Shown here: positions 39,560-52,074 of the stretch, in pieces
Position numbering within the stretch: the stretch's first letter is position 1
How the letters are laid out: each line of letters begins with the position of its first letter
Assembly: GCF_006345805.1 (NCBI RefSeq)
Contig: NC_043011.1
Coordinates: 35,228,464 to 35,292,463 of the forward strand
Direction: 5' to 3'
DNA from: Octopus sinensis
Lineage: Eukaryota
Length of the DNA: 64,000 nucleotides
The notes under the pieces: model-generated
What the model was told of the DNA's origin: nothing
Seen by the model: the letters and a program-made list of their open reading frames with translations, nothing else
Database searches by the model: none
Program-made: the position numbers and the translations under genes

Positions 39560-39770
39560 TTTGACAAATAACCCCCATGCATTAAGGGGGAACAAACACA
39601 GACACAAAAACACACACACACACACACATAGATATATAGATATATACGACAGGTTTCTTTCACTTTCCGTCCACCAAATCCACTCATAGGGCTTTGGTCG
39701 ACTCCATGTTAGAATAGAAGACACCTGCTCAAGCTGCCACACAGTGGGACTGAACTTAGAACCATGTGGT
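39560..39770 (-). mobile_element. SINE A partial
   Basis: CCACCAAATCCACTCATAGGGCTTTGG...CAGTGGGACTGAAC. Confidence 0.75.
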
Positions 39771-40599
39771 TGGGAAAGGACTGGTGCTCCTTCGGGGTAG
39801 TTCTATTCTGAAACCGCTCACTTTATCCAACTTCGTTTTTATTGATAGAAGCGTCCCTGCTATTATGCAAAAGTGTCGTAAGTCCAAAACGATGCTTTTT
39901 TTTCCCAGAAAACGAAAAGATAGTTTCACCATTCCATTTCTGTGTACATGAGCAACAGTTTCAACTTAACAATAATAGTTTGTTGGGTGCATAAAATGGT
40001 AACTCCATGCATGTATGATATTTTCAGTCAGAAATATTTTTGCTAGACTGTCCTATGTGGGACCTACTACACTTTGATAATTTTTTATATCTTGGCATCT
40101 GAAACAGCTGGAGATACGATAGTTTGACCAAAAGAACCGGTTATTGCAAACAAAATTAAATATTGAAAAAAAAAAAGCACATTTGGCCAAATTTGTACAT
40201 ACGACAGCTTAACATAATTGCAACGATATATATCTATATATGCATATATATAGCCTAACCCACACCCCGCCCTTGCTTTTCCCACTCTCGCCTCCCCCAC
40301 ATTCCAACACCATCACACCACACCACACACCACTACACCATACACCACCATGCCACACAACACCACATCACATCACATCACACCACCACGCACACACTAG
40401 CACTGACTACTTCCCATCCCCACATCCCCACTCCTACAGATACGCACACATCAAGGTCACCAGCCCTCTCCCACACGCACATACAAACTCTCTTATACAC
40501 ACACACGAGCACCTTCGTTTTGGGATCACCACTACTTTCTTATCTCCCCTTCTTCCTGTGAGACCCCTCTGTCCGGCATTCGCCATAATAGATCGCTAG

Positions 40600-40773
40600 C
40601 CATTACACATTCTTTATTTTTTCTCCTTGCTTCTTTCTGTGTTCCTTCTTGTAGAAGAGCGTAGGCTCGAAACGTTAAAAACAATTTCATTTCCCGTGCG
40701 TTAAACTAATACATCTGTTTGTTGTCTACACCACCTGTCTTCGTCTTGTTTAGTTGTTTTTTTTGTGAATTCT

Positions 40774-40800
<27 letters not shown>
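40600..40800 (+). mobile_element. PLE-type 3' tail with non-canonical hammerhead-like motif
   Basis: TTGTAGAA-GAGC gtag GCTC-GAAACGTT; the same tail occurs at 56810-56940 and ends at (TA)n. Confidence 0.5.
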
Positions 40801-40849
<49 letters not shown>

Positions 40850-42009
40850 TGTATGTATGTATGTATGTATGTATGTATGTATATGTAAATGAAATACAAC
40901 GACTAACGTAGTTTTCAATTTTTGATTTACAGAGAAACAGAAGGGTTACTGTTAAAATGAGTTTTTTCCTCTTTTTTTCTTATCATAGCTGTGCTCGTTC
41001 AAAGGTTATATAGTGCCAAACCACAAAACAACAACACTAAAAATTAACATCATCATCATCATGAACAACAACAGCAACAACGAACTTCTGCAACGATAAT
41101 TGTGAAGTAATTAGACCGGCATTTTGGTATAGGTAAATGGCAAAATGAATGAATAAAAAATATATATATAAATAAATATAAATAGCTTAACAGAAAGCAA
41201 AACAAAAACATATTGATTTATCGAGTTTTGATAAAGGTGTGTAGACATAATACTTCCGGTTATAAACACAATACTTAGCTGATGGTGAGATATAATCGAT
41301 ATTACCACAAACGCTTCTCACCCTGTTGCATCTGGTGAACACAACGTCTGCGTAAATTCCTAACTCGATTTATTCGTTACCGGATATAATATTTTTACGT
41401 ACACATGCGTATTGCGAGTTATCTAATCAGCTATGTTGGCGCCTTCAGGTTTTAGAACGGAGAAGTTGAAAAAACATTATAAAAAGAACTTTATTACCAG
41501 ATGTACGTATAATATTTAGGAAATATTCACTGAGGTGTATATGGCAGAGTTAGCGGGGGGGGGGAGAAAAGCAGCCGAGAAGAGATCTGGGTTGCTGCGT
41601 TATCAAGTTATAATAAACCACCGTGGAGAATTCTGGATTTAACCTTGAGCAAAGATCAGCCGAATTTACATTAATGGTGGACATGGAAACGTTGTGGAAA
41701 TGTATCAGAATGGCGTCAGCATTTATTAACTGTACACAGCGTGGAATTGTTCTTATATAGCCCCAAGTCAGTTTGAATCAGGCTGGCCTATGATCAAAGA
41801 CACTAATAACCGTGAACCGAGCCCTGGCCTCGATAGTTCGGTGACGGCGGTGGAATGGAAAACAGTGGATGTAGTAGAAACGGTAAGACGTCGTATTGAA
41901 TTGCTAGCACTAGATGCCTCATTTTCCGTTTTCGTGTTCAAATCTCGCCAAAGTGGATTTTCCTTTTTTTTTGTCACTTTGAATTCAATTAAATACCATG
42001 AAAAAATGG

Positions 42010-42650
42010 CATATTGCATCATGTCCTCCAAGATACATCTAGTCTACAAAAAGTCAAATCTGATTAAAGTGGTGGGTTATGTTTTTTTTTTTTATTATTG
42101 CTTCGAATCTAATTAAACTAACTGTACGAAAGTGACACATTACATCCTGTAGTCCTAGATGGACTTAGTTTACAAAATATCAAATCTGACCAATCTGGAT
42201 CTAATTTTGTATGGTTCAATTTTCATTCAATATATATATTTCTTTACTACCCACAAGGGGCTAAACACAGCAGGGACAAACAAGGACAGACAAACGGATT
42301 AAGTCGATTTCATCGACCCCAGTGCGTAACAGGTACTTAATTTATCGACCCCGAGAGGATAAAAGGCAAAGTCGACCTCGTAGCATGAAGCATCATAGTC
42401 CTAGATACACTTAGTCAGTGCGAAGTAAAATCTTATCAAGATGGATATTTTACACTTTTATCGCTTCGAAATTGATCAAATAAATAGCATGAAACAAGAA
42501 AACATTACATCATGTAGTCTTAGATATACTTAGTCGAAAAAGTCAACTCCTTCCAAGGTGGATATTTTTTATCACTTCGAACTTACTTGAGTAAATACCA
42601 GGAAACAATGACACATTAGATAATGTAGTCGAAGATACACTATACACCAT
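42010..42650. repeat. Old ~110-120-bp tandem repeat interrupted by a SINE E fragment (42238-42380)
   Basis: Recurrent ACATTACATCxTGTAGTCxTAGATxxACTTAGT at ~42015, 42135, 42390, 42500 and 42610. Confidence 0.6.
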
Positions 42651-42729
42651 GTCTATAAAAGTGATGGGTACGCTGATAGCTGGAATGCTTTTGGTCAGGT
42701 ATTGATCTGATCGATACGGGCTCACTTAT

Positions 42730-42965
42730 ATGTATATGAGTGTGTTTGTTTGTTTGTGCTTGTACTGTGTTTGTCCGTCCCCACTGATTTACAACCGGTG
42801 TTGGTTGGTTTACGTTCCTGTGATTTAGTGGTTCCGCAAATTGAAACCATTAGAACAAGTAGCGGATTTTGAAAGATAAGAAATTCTGTGGTTGATTTGT
42901 TCGACTAAAACTATCAAGGCAGTACTTCAGCATGGCCGCGATCCAATGACTGTAAAGAACAAAAG
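42730..42965 (+). mobile_element. SINE A 3' half, degenerate
   Basis: AAGGCAGTACTTCAGCATGGCCGCGATCCAATGACTG tail. Confidence 0.7.
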
Positions 42966-43074
42966 GTAAGAGTTTAGCAAGTGTGATCCGAGGATTATTG
43001 TTAATTCATTTAAATTTAATTCCTTATACGCGTTTAACCACTCTTAAAAAGAGTTGTTATATTCGTTTTAAATT

Positions 43075-43495
43075 GTGGTACAAGGCCAGAAATTTGCTGG
43101 AGAGGCAATAAATCGATTACATTGACCCTAGTGCTCAGCTGGTATTTATTTTATCGATCCCGGAAGGATGAAAGCCAAAGTCGCCCTCGGCGGAATTTGA
43201 ACTCAGAACGTAACGGCAAACAAAATACCGCTAGGCATTTCGCCCGGCGTGCAAACATTTCTTATTTCTTTATTGCCCACAGGGAGCTAAACATAGAGGG
43301 AACAAACAAGGACAGACGAAAGGATTAAGTCGATTACATCGACTCCAGTGCGTAACTGGTACTTAATTTATCGACCCCGAAAGGATGAAAGGCGAAGTCG
43401 ACCTCGGCAGAATTTGAACTCAGAGCGTAAAGACAGACGAAATACAGCTAGGCATTTCGCCCGGTGTGCTATCGGTTCAGCCAGCTCGCTGCCTT
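43075..43495 (-). mobile_element. SINE E dimer
   Basis: Two modules, with head at ~43495. Confidence 0.88.
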
Positions 43496-44039
43496 CAGAA
43501 GATTTATTATATTTATAACAAGTCTTAAGCGATTAATAACTATCACATTGACAACGGATTAACAAATGGATACTATGATTATAAACTATAAGATAATATA
43601 TGTATAGATAACAAGATAGACAATAGACTTACGACAAACAAATAATACATACAGTAATAACAAACGGATGAGAGATTTATGTACAGCAAAAGGATAAAAC
43701 CATCGTATCTTGAGAAAAAGAGAGAGAGAGAGAGAGGTTAGTGCTGACTATAGTTCACTTCTTAATTAATTAGATTGTCAATAGTCTTTTCATACACGTA
43801 TATAGCGTTTTCAATGCGTTATAGTTTTGTAACCTTGCAGATGTCTTCGATTTGCTTTTAAACTGCATCCGGTCGTGAGGTTCTACGAGTTCCTGAGTTT
43901 TAAGGAATGTGGAATTGAACCACCTCTTAGCCACTATTCTCCACTCGTCTACTCTGTACCGAAGCAATAGCTCCCGCCAGGGTCCCGGCTAAAATTGCTG
44001 CACAAGCTGCGCTGCATTGGCAGGTGCGTTGTCACCTGC

Positions 44040-44400
44040 ATGCAGTTTTGGTAGACACGGATCTCATACCCAAATCTTCAGTGATAATGGACTGAACTGA
44101 ACCGTAGCTAATCTGCATATCCTCTGATAACTCATGGATGGTGATTCGATGATTTCCCCCCCACAGCTGGACGCACATCAGTTCTATTGGTTTCGAGTCT
44201 CTCAGAAAGTTCGTTACTATCAACATTTTTTCGGTAGTTACACTCCTCTCCATACACTTTCTGTAACTTTGCGTAGGCCTCTTGGCAGGTACCACCAAAC
44301 TTTTTACAAAAGTTGATGCAGGTCCATGGTCAATGCGACAGTCACACGCTACACGTTTCTGCCAAGCACTGCTGTAAACAGCGGAAGTGAGCTAGAACGT
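44040..44400 (-). pseudogene. Mariner transposase fragment
   Basis: NHRITIHELSEDMQISYGSVQSIITEDLGMRSVS is the typical mariner second HTH preceding WVP. Confidence 0.8.
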
Positions 44401-46192
44401 TAAAACTTTGTGCGCATACACAGCAGAGTCAATCTGTGTCGGGCGGCTTCACACTGCGAATTTTAGCTTCGTTACTATAGCAACAGTTCGGGTATTTATA
44501 CATGAGACCACACATATATGTGTATATATATGTGTATATATAGGTGTGTGTGAGTGTATAATTTATTCCTGCATTGTATCGCATTTACGTAGCACGGGTC
44601 TCAACAATACTCAGCGCATTCTTTCGCAAGCCGATACCAGATACAAATCCACTGTCACCTAGTACAGCACAAGCAAACATTTTCACACGATTTTGATAAT
44701 ACACAATATTATAGAAAATTCAGCGAAAGTGAAGATAACAGACTTTATTCGTTTATAACTAGCGAAAAAAAAGTAATTATTTAAATTACAACACAATCTC
44801 ACGTAGATTCGCTTGTTAAACAAGTGCAGCTTTCATAATATATTTATATATAACGAACACATACTTGAGTTATTCATAACAAATATACAATAGATTTAAT
44901 AATATGGAACGGATAATAGATTTATTTATAAATAACGACCTGATAATAGGTTTTTATGAATAATAAAATAATAATAGATTTATGGATAACAAACAATATT
45001 GTTTTATTAATAACAATCTTATCGTATCTAATAGCATTCTACTGTGCTCTCTCTCTCGTTCTCATGTAATCAATGCGGAGCTGTTGTGGTATACAGCATG
45101 TTTTGCTATATATTACAATATGGCGTCACCAATACCGTTCGCCTTTGACTACAGTCGACATATTCCATTGACCTGATACGTTGTTTATCGACGCTCAAAG
45201 TGTGAAAGGAAACGTTGACCTCGCTAAGATTTGAACTTAATAATATATTTTTAATAATATTTTTTCTTCTCTTCTTTGTGTGAGAGTGTGTGTTTGTGAG
45301 TATGGAGGATGCTGCGCGTGCATATCAGTGACTACATTATTTAATGGATCCTTAAATTCCAGGGTGTAGGGTAAGGGTTAGTTTACTAGTAAACAATTCC
45401 TAACAGGTTGAAAAAAACCTTCCGTGTGTGTACGTTTGTGTTTACACACACAAGTGCACACACACTCATACACACACACGCACGCATGTACACAAACACG
45501 CACGCACACGTACACATACACACACACACAAACACACACATATACGCACACATACACACATAGGCATACACACATACACACACGCATAGATACAAACACC
45601 ATGCACACGTACACACACATGCACACAGGCACACACACACAACACACACATACACACACACACACACACACATACAAAGAGAAACACATATATTGACACA
45701 TTGACTTAGTCTGACATTACTTAGTTTCATTGATGTAAATAACAGACGAGCGCCTCTGAGTGAAGTGAAATAACAATGGTTTCCAAGCGAAAATATATGG
45801 GAGTTCCTACTGGTCACTTCAGATCACCTGAATAAATTTGATAAAAGATCCAAAACAGAATATCCTTAAGTTTATACGTGGTGCAAGGAACAGTCTAGTG
45901 GCGGCAGCTAGTCTACATACAACCCGTAAGCTTAGACAACGTAACCAAGAGAAGTAGAGAGGTGGGCGGACTGGTCTGAAACATAAAGTTCAACGTGGAG
46001 AAATGACCATTCTGATATCACATGGAAACCTGCTAGGTAAGTTTATAGTGAGGTGTGTCGTGCGTGTATTTGTAGCTGGATATTAACACTGGTAAACAGC
46101 AATAATGATCAGAGAAGGTAGTAGTTGCTTTCCCACACCTTCCTTTGTTTGTTGTCCCACCGGGTAACAAAGTATTTCTTTGACGCCAGGAC

Positions 46193-46268
46193 TTACGATA
46201 GACTAGTTTTCCTAGATAGACTAGTTACGATAGGCTAGTTACGATAGACTAGTTACGATAGACTAGTT
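46193..46268. repeat. 14-bp minisatellite (TTACGATAGACTAG) x5
   Basis: Direct reading; one unit is interrupted. Confidence 0.9.
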
Positions 46269-47549
46269 GGTGTTATAGCTTCAGGCTGTGTAGTCTCTAG
46301 GCATCATCTGATGTCGCTGTTTTGCCAATTTTCCTAAGACCAGAATGACCAAGAGCGAGTGCTAATAGGTACTGAATATCAGATTTTACAAAAAACAATG
46401 ATTCCACAAAGAGACAGCAGACCTGTATCTCAGATGGACATGTCTTCAGAGAGAAAATTTCATTGAAGAGGTCGCGACAGTGACGAGAGGGTCTTGAAGA
46501 ACATAACTGATTGACTGATTGACTGATTGACTGATTGATTGATTTATTGATTAACCGAATGATTAAACAACCAGTTGATAACTTAATTTATTAAACAGCT
46601 AAACAATTGATGAATAATAAGAAGTGAAATAGAACCAGTGCGTGTCTTTATTATTGACATTATGGCCGTACCGATCTACAAGAAAATCTGTTTCAATACT
46701 CGACTTCACATCAAGAAACTTACAAACAAATTACAAAAATGGAATGACTCCAACAATTTATTTCAAAAGTGAAGAACTTGCCTCGCTCTGGTGATACTCA
46801 CTCAAAACGAGAAACATAAATCATCGTAAGAAATAAAAGAATTAGATTAAACACTAAAAGATTGGCACCAACTTACGGAATTTGTTTCAGACGTCAAATT
46901 CTTTCTATTGAACAGACAATACGATGAACTTAAACTCGAGTAAATTGATTAGCTGAAGTGTCGAAAATTTGAGACGAAAAGATAATTAGCCGAGTTTTAG
47001 TTGATTTTATCGAATCCCCAGGTAGTATTATTGAGCTACCGTATATTGATCTTGAAATCGATAGGTTGAAGGTATTGAAATTAAGCAAACCTTCGACTGC
47101 TATCGGCTTAAACCTATCAGAGGTTATCTGAGATTATAACATATCAAGCAGTCGAAAGACACTTTGTATTGATTGATTGACTAACTGATTAACAGACTGA
47201 CTGGTGGATAGATCGATATATCGATAGCTTGATTCACTGATTCATCGAATGATTGATTGCTTCATTTATTCACACACAAAAGATCACACCAAGTCACTAG
47301 CACTAAATCCGAGTTACCTGTATATCAAAGATAACAGACCAAGATAACGGTGTATTTTTAGCAAAACTTCTACCAGACACACTTGAGCGATGATAATCTA
47401 AAATCCACAAACCTCAGCTGTAGATCACGACAGATAATAAAGCGTATATCAATAAATATTTTACTAAAGTAACTCAATTACATTGGTTTCCTCGAAACAC
47501 CAATGGGTCCTTAATTGTTTTTCTTTAAATATTATTAGCTTACATAAAT

Positions 47550-47714
47550 AGGCGCAGGAGTGGCTGTGTGGTAAGTAGCTTGTTTACCAACCACATGGTT
47601 CCGGGTTCAGTCCCACTGCGTGGCACCTTGGGCAAGTGTCTTCTACTATAGCCTCGGGCCGACCAAAGCCTTGTGAGTGGATTTGGTAGGCGGAAACTGA
47701 AAGAAGCCGTCGTA

Positions 47715-47770
<56 letters not shown>

Positions 47771-47996
47771 TGTGTGTGTTTGTGTGAGTGTGTTTGTCCC
47801 CCTAGCATTGCTTGACAACCGATGCTGGTGTGTTTATGTCCCCGTTACTTAGCGGTTCGGCAAAAGAGACCGATAGAATAAGTACTGGGCTTACAAAAGA
47901 ATAAGTCCCGGGGTCGAGTTGCTCGATTAAAGGCGGTGCTCCAGCATGGCCGCAGTCAAATGACTGAAACAAGTAAAAGAGTAAAAGAGAAAAGAG
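47550..47996 (+). mobile_element. SINE family A, full length (reference copy)
   Basis: A box TGGCTGTGTGG, B box GGTTCAGTCCC, CORE-like CCTTGGGCAAGTGTCTT, central (AT)n, tail ending (GTAAAAGA)n. Confidence 0.92.
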
Positions 47997-48203
47997 TTAG
48001 AAAACAATATTTCATTCATATATTTTGACAAACACACTTGTCAATAATATTTTCTGTTAAAATTCTGATTTATCTTTCGCTTAGTTCTGCTTTCAATGTT
48101 TGTATTATGAAAGAAGCTGTATTTTATGTTTACACGCTTACAATATGGAGGCATATTGGGATGAATATGCATGCAGATGTGCATGCATATATGCATGTAT
48201 GTA

Positions 48204-48250
<47 letters not shown>

Positions 48251-48254
48251 TATG

Positions 48255-48296
<42 letters not shown>

Positions 48297-48435
48297 TATA
48301 TTATATCTATATCTAATCTTTATATCTATATAATCCTCTTTTCCCTTCTTTCCTGACCGCCCAATAATACTTTATTTGGTCCACATCCTCGCGTTGTTGT
48401 CTTTTTGTTTTATTTTTGGATTAACTATTATATAT

Positions 48436-48469
<34 letters not shown>

Positions 48470-48547
48470 TATCTATCTATCTGTACCTATCTATCTACCT
48501 ATATATATGAGTATATAGTATATATACATATATTATATATTTATATT

Positions 48548-48578
<31 letters not shown>

Positions 48579-48629
48579 TTATTATTTATTTATGTATATA
48601 TATATATATATATATATTTATATACTCTT

Positions 48630-48830
48630 TTACTCCTTTACTGTTTCCATCATTTGACTGCGGCTATGCTGGAGGACAGCCTTTAGTCGAGCAAATCGAC
48701 CCCAGGAGTTATTCTTTGTAAGCCTAGTACTTATTTCATCGGTCTTTCTAGCCGAACTGCTAAGTTACGGTGATGTAAACACACCAGCATCGGTTGTCAA
48801 GCGATTATGGGAGGACAAACACAAACATAC
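48630..48830 (-). mobile_element. SINE A 3' half
   Basis: CATTTGACTGCGGCTATGCTGGAG...GTCGAGCAAATCGACCCCAGG. Confidence 0.8.
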
Positions 48831-49114
48831 AATCATATATATATATATATATCACCATGATCACCGTGACCGACCAGGCTATCAGATGTTGCAACACATC
48901 GCTGGTCACAATGCGCTTCGCATTGTTTTAGCCTTCAAATGATGCCACCCCGCTGGCTAAGCGAGTCCGCTACCCTAACCACTGGGCCATTGCGCCTCAT
49001 GTGCATATTTATATATTATATATATGTATGTATATATATATATATATATATTTGATTTTAATTTTGATTTTTCCAGTTTCAGCTTATGAGCTGTGGCCAT
49101 GCTGGGGCACCGCC

Positions 49115-49152
<38 letters not shown>

Positions 49153-49164
49153 GATGAGCTTCTT

Positions 49165-49322
49165 TCAGTTTCGAGTTCAGTCCCACTGCATGGCACCTTG
49201 GGCAAGTGTTTTCAACTACAGACTCTGGCCGATTAAAACCTTGTGAGTGGATTTGGTAGACGGAAACTGGAAGATGTATGTCGTCTATATCTATCTATCT
49301 ATCTATCTATCTTCTATCTATC

Positions 49323-49359
<37 letters not shown>

Positions 49360-49385
49360 GTCTGTCTATTATCTATCTATCTATC

Positions 49386-49437
<52 letters not shown>

Positions 49438-49970
49438 ATATATATATATATATGTATAATACTTTGCATGTACTACGTCGTCGCGTTGTTGTTTTTTCTT
49501 TTGTTCTTTTTCCGCTTTCTTTATTTAAAACCTATCTATGTGTGTGTATGTGTGCGTGCGTGTGTCACTGTGTTTGTCCGCTCCCCACCGCCATCGCTTG
49601 GCAACCGATGCCGGTGTGTTTATGTCACCGTAACTTAGCAATTCAGCAAAAAGAGGCCGATAGAATAAGTACTAGGCTTACGAAGAATAAGTCATGGCGC
49701 CGATTTCTTCGACTAACACCCTTTAAGGCGGTGCTCCAGCATGGTGGCAGTCAAATAACTGAAACAAGTAAATGAATAAGACAATAAAAGAATACAAGAA
49801 TAAAAATGAAAGAATGAAAGGGTAAAAGAATGAAAGAAGGAAAGAATGAAAGAATAAAAGAATAAAAGTATGAAAGAATGAAAGAATAAAAGAATAAAAG
49901 AATAAAAGTATGAAAGAATAAAAGAATAAAAGAATAAAAGAATGAAAGAATAAAAGAATAAAAGAATAAA
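49165..49970 (+). mobile_element. SINE A with (ATCT)n/(AT)n centre and tail expanded into an 8-bp minisatellite
   Basis: Tail TGAAACAAGTAAA followed by ~190 bp of (GAATAAAA/GAATGAAA)n. Confidence 0.82.
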
Positions 49971-50370
49971 GACAATTTTTTTATGGAGAATTGGAGGACA
50001 CTACCCTCCCGGGCTGAGTAGCTGTATTGCAGATTTTTGACCCCTCTCTGTTGATTCATTCCACAACATTTAACTTTATTGTGGCTTGAGGTTCAAAGGG
50101 GACATAATTTTCTTTTTTCTTTTCATTTTGCGTTTTTTTTTTACCCTTTCACATTCTGCATCCACCTTCATCTTATTTTTTTTCTCTTTTTTTCTTGTGA
50201 TTTCTCTTGTTTTAGCGTCGTGATTCGTAAATTGTATAGACCGTGTTCTCAGAGCCTGAAGATTGTTCGGTGACACAAAGCGTGTTATTAAAACATGTCT
50301 AGACTACACCTTCAATACATTCAAGGCATAAAATTGATCGTAGCTTGAGCATCAAATGTATATATATATA

Positions 50371-50428
50371 GGCGGTGCTCCAGCATGGCCGCAGTCAAAT
50401 GACTGAAACAAGTAAAAGAGTAAAAGAG
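50371..50428 (+). mobile_element. Isolated SINE A 3' tail inside (TA)n
   Basis: GGCGGTGCTCCAGCATGGCCGCAGTCAAATGACTGAAACAAGTAAAAGAGTAAAAGAG with (TA)n on both sides. Confidence 0.9.
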
Positions 50429-50618
50429 TATATATATATATATAATATGTAAAGAGACAGAGAGAAAAGATCCAATTGTCAGTAACGCGTTGACTGAGAG
50501 TGCTGGGTAGCACCTATATCGCTAGAATAAGAGTTAAAACCCTTAGGACCGCAAGGAAGCAAGTTTTCATATACTGACAGGGGAGATAATTGTCTCATAA
50601 GCGAAGCTAGATCAATGG

Positions 50619-50661
50619 ACTAGACTTGTTTCGTCTGTAAAATTGCAGGCACATCAGTAGT
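50619..50661 (-). ncRNA. Degenerate type I hammerhead
   Basis: ACTA-CTGATGT-GCCTG caatttta CAGAC-GAAA-CAAG-TC-TAGT; A9 changed and one stem II mismatch. Confidence 0.45.
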
Positions 50662-51689
50662 GACTACTCCATCATCGAATGGCTTAGCTAAATCCAAACT
50701 GCCAGTATATATATATTTACCATATAAGTTTATGGGTGGATAAGCGAAATGCTAATATGAAAATTACAAAATAACGTAGGCAGCTACACACAATATAAAA
50801 CCAAGAAGGAAAAATTTATTCGTGACTCATTGTGACGGAGGATGTTGGGTATCACCTATATTGCTGGAAATAAAAGCTAAAAACCTTCGAACTGCAAGGA
50901 AGCAGTATTATATTTATCGTATAGTTTTATGATTTAGTAAGTTCAATAAATGAGCAGATATATTGAAACACGTAGTACATCGCAAAAACTTAGCATGTAA
51001 AGCGCATATATGAGCGTTATCTTGAATATACTGGTGGAATAAGCTTCAATGTATGAACAGTACAAAGTGCATTTGTAATTAAAACAAAAACAAACAATAT
51101 CAGTGATATTTCAAAATAATCATTCTTACGCCTGTTTCAATAATTCTTACGTAATACTCCTATTACGGTTATATAATAATAATAATTATATGGTGAATAA
51201 GAAACACGTCATAAGCGACATTTGAAATATGAATTACAAAATTCACACTCGCTCGAACGAATGATTCTTGAACCAACATTATTATATTTTATATTTATAG
51301 TATTGTTTTTATATTTCTTCCTTATCACTCTTTATCAGTATAATCATCCAGTTTAATTTTTGTAATTTTCGTTTTTCCTCTTGAAGAACAATTTTGAATT
51401 TTGAAATCCATATTTCGAAATATTCTTGGTATGTGTTTCTTACGTTATAAATGATTAACTACGCAATTATAATAGCATTTTTAGGCCATATACACACATA
51501 TGTGCATACATACATACATATACATACATGCTTACATACATGCATGCATACATACATACATGCATACATGCCATGCATACATGCATACATACATGCATGC
51601 ATACATACATACATGCATACATACATGCATGCATACATGCATGCATACATATATACATACATACATACATACATACATACATACATACA

Positions 51690-51722
<33 letters not shown>

Positions 51723-51963
51723 GCATACATACATACATGCATGCATGCATTCATGCATACAAACATACATATATACATATGTATATGTATATGTAATATA
51801 TATATATCGTTTGTATGCATGTGTATACATATGTAAGTATACATATATGTGTCTGTGTATGTATATGAATCTCTCCCTCTCTCTCTCTCTATATATATTA
51901 TATATATATATATACATATATACAATACACACCACACCACACCTATAGATATATACCTACTTA

Positions 51964-52063
51964 NNNNNNNNNNNNNNNNNNNNNNNNNNNNNNNNNNNNN
52001 NNNNNNNNNNNNNNNNNNNNNNNNNNNNNNNNNNNNNNNNNNNNNNNNNNNNNNNNNNNNNNN
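51964..52063. other. Assembly gap (100 N)
   Basis: Direct reading. Confidence 1.
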
Positions 52064-52074
52064 CTCAAGTCTAG

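Noticed and set aside
40240-40599. His/Thr/Pro-rich ORF
   Set aside because: Derived from (CACCA)n-like low-complexity sequence; no splice or homology support.
43770-43967. 65-aa ORF in non-repetitive-looking sequence
   Set aside because: No recognisable motif or splice signals; length is within chance expectation.
46981-47130. Short open frame with an LKVLKLS LRR-like word
   Set aside because: Single partial motif ending in a stop, with no donor site or neighbouring repeats.
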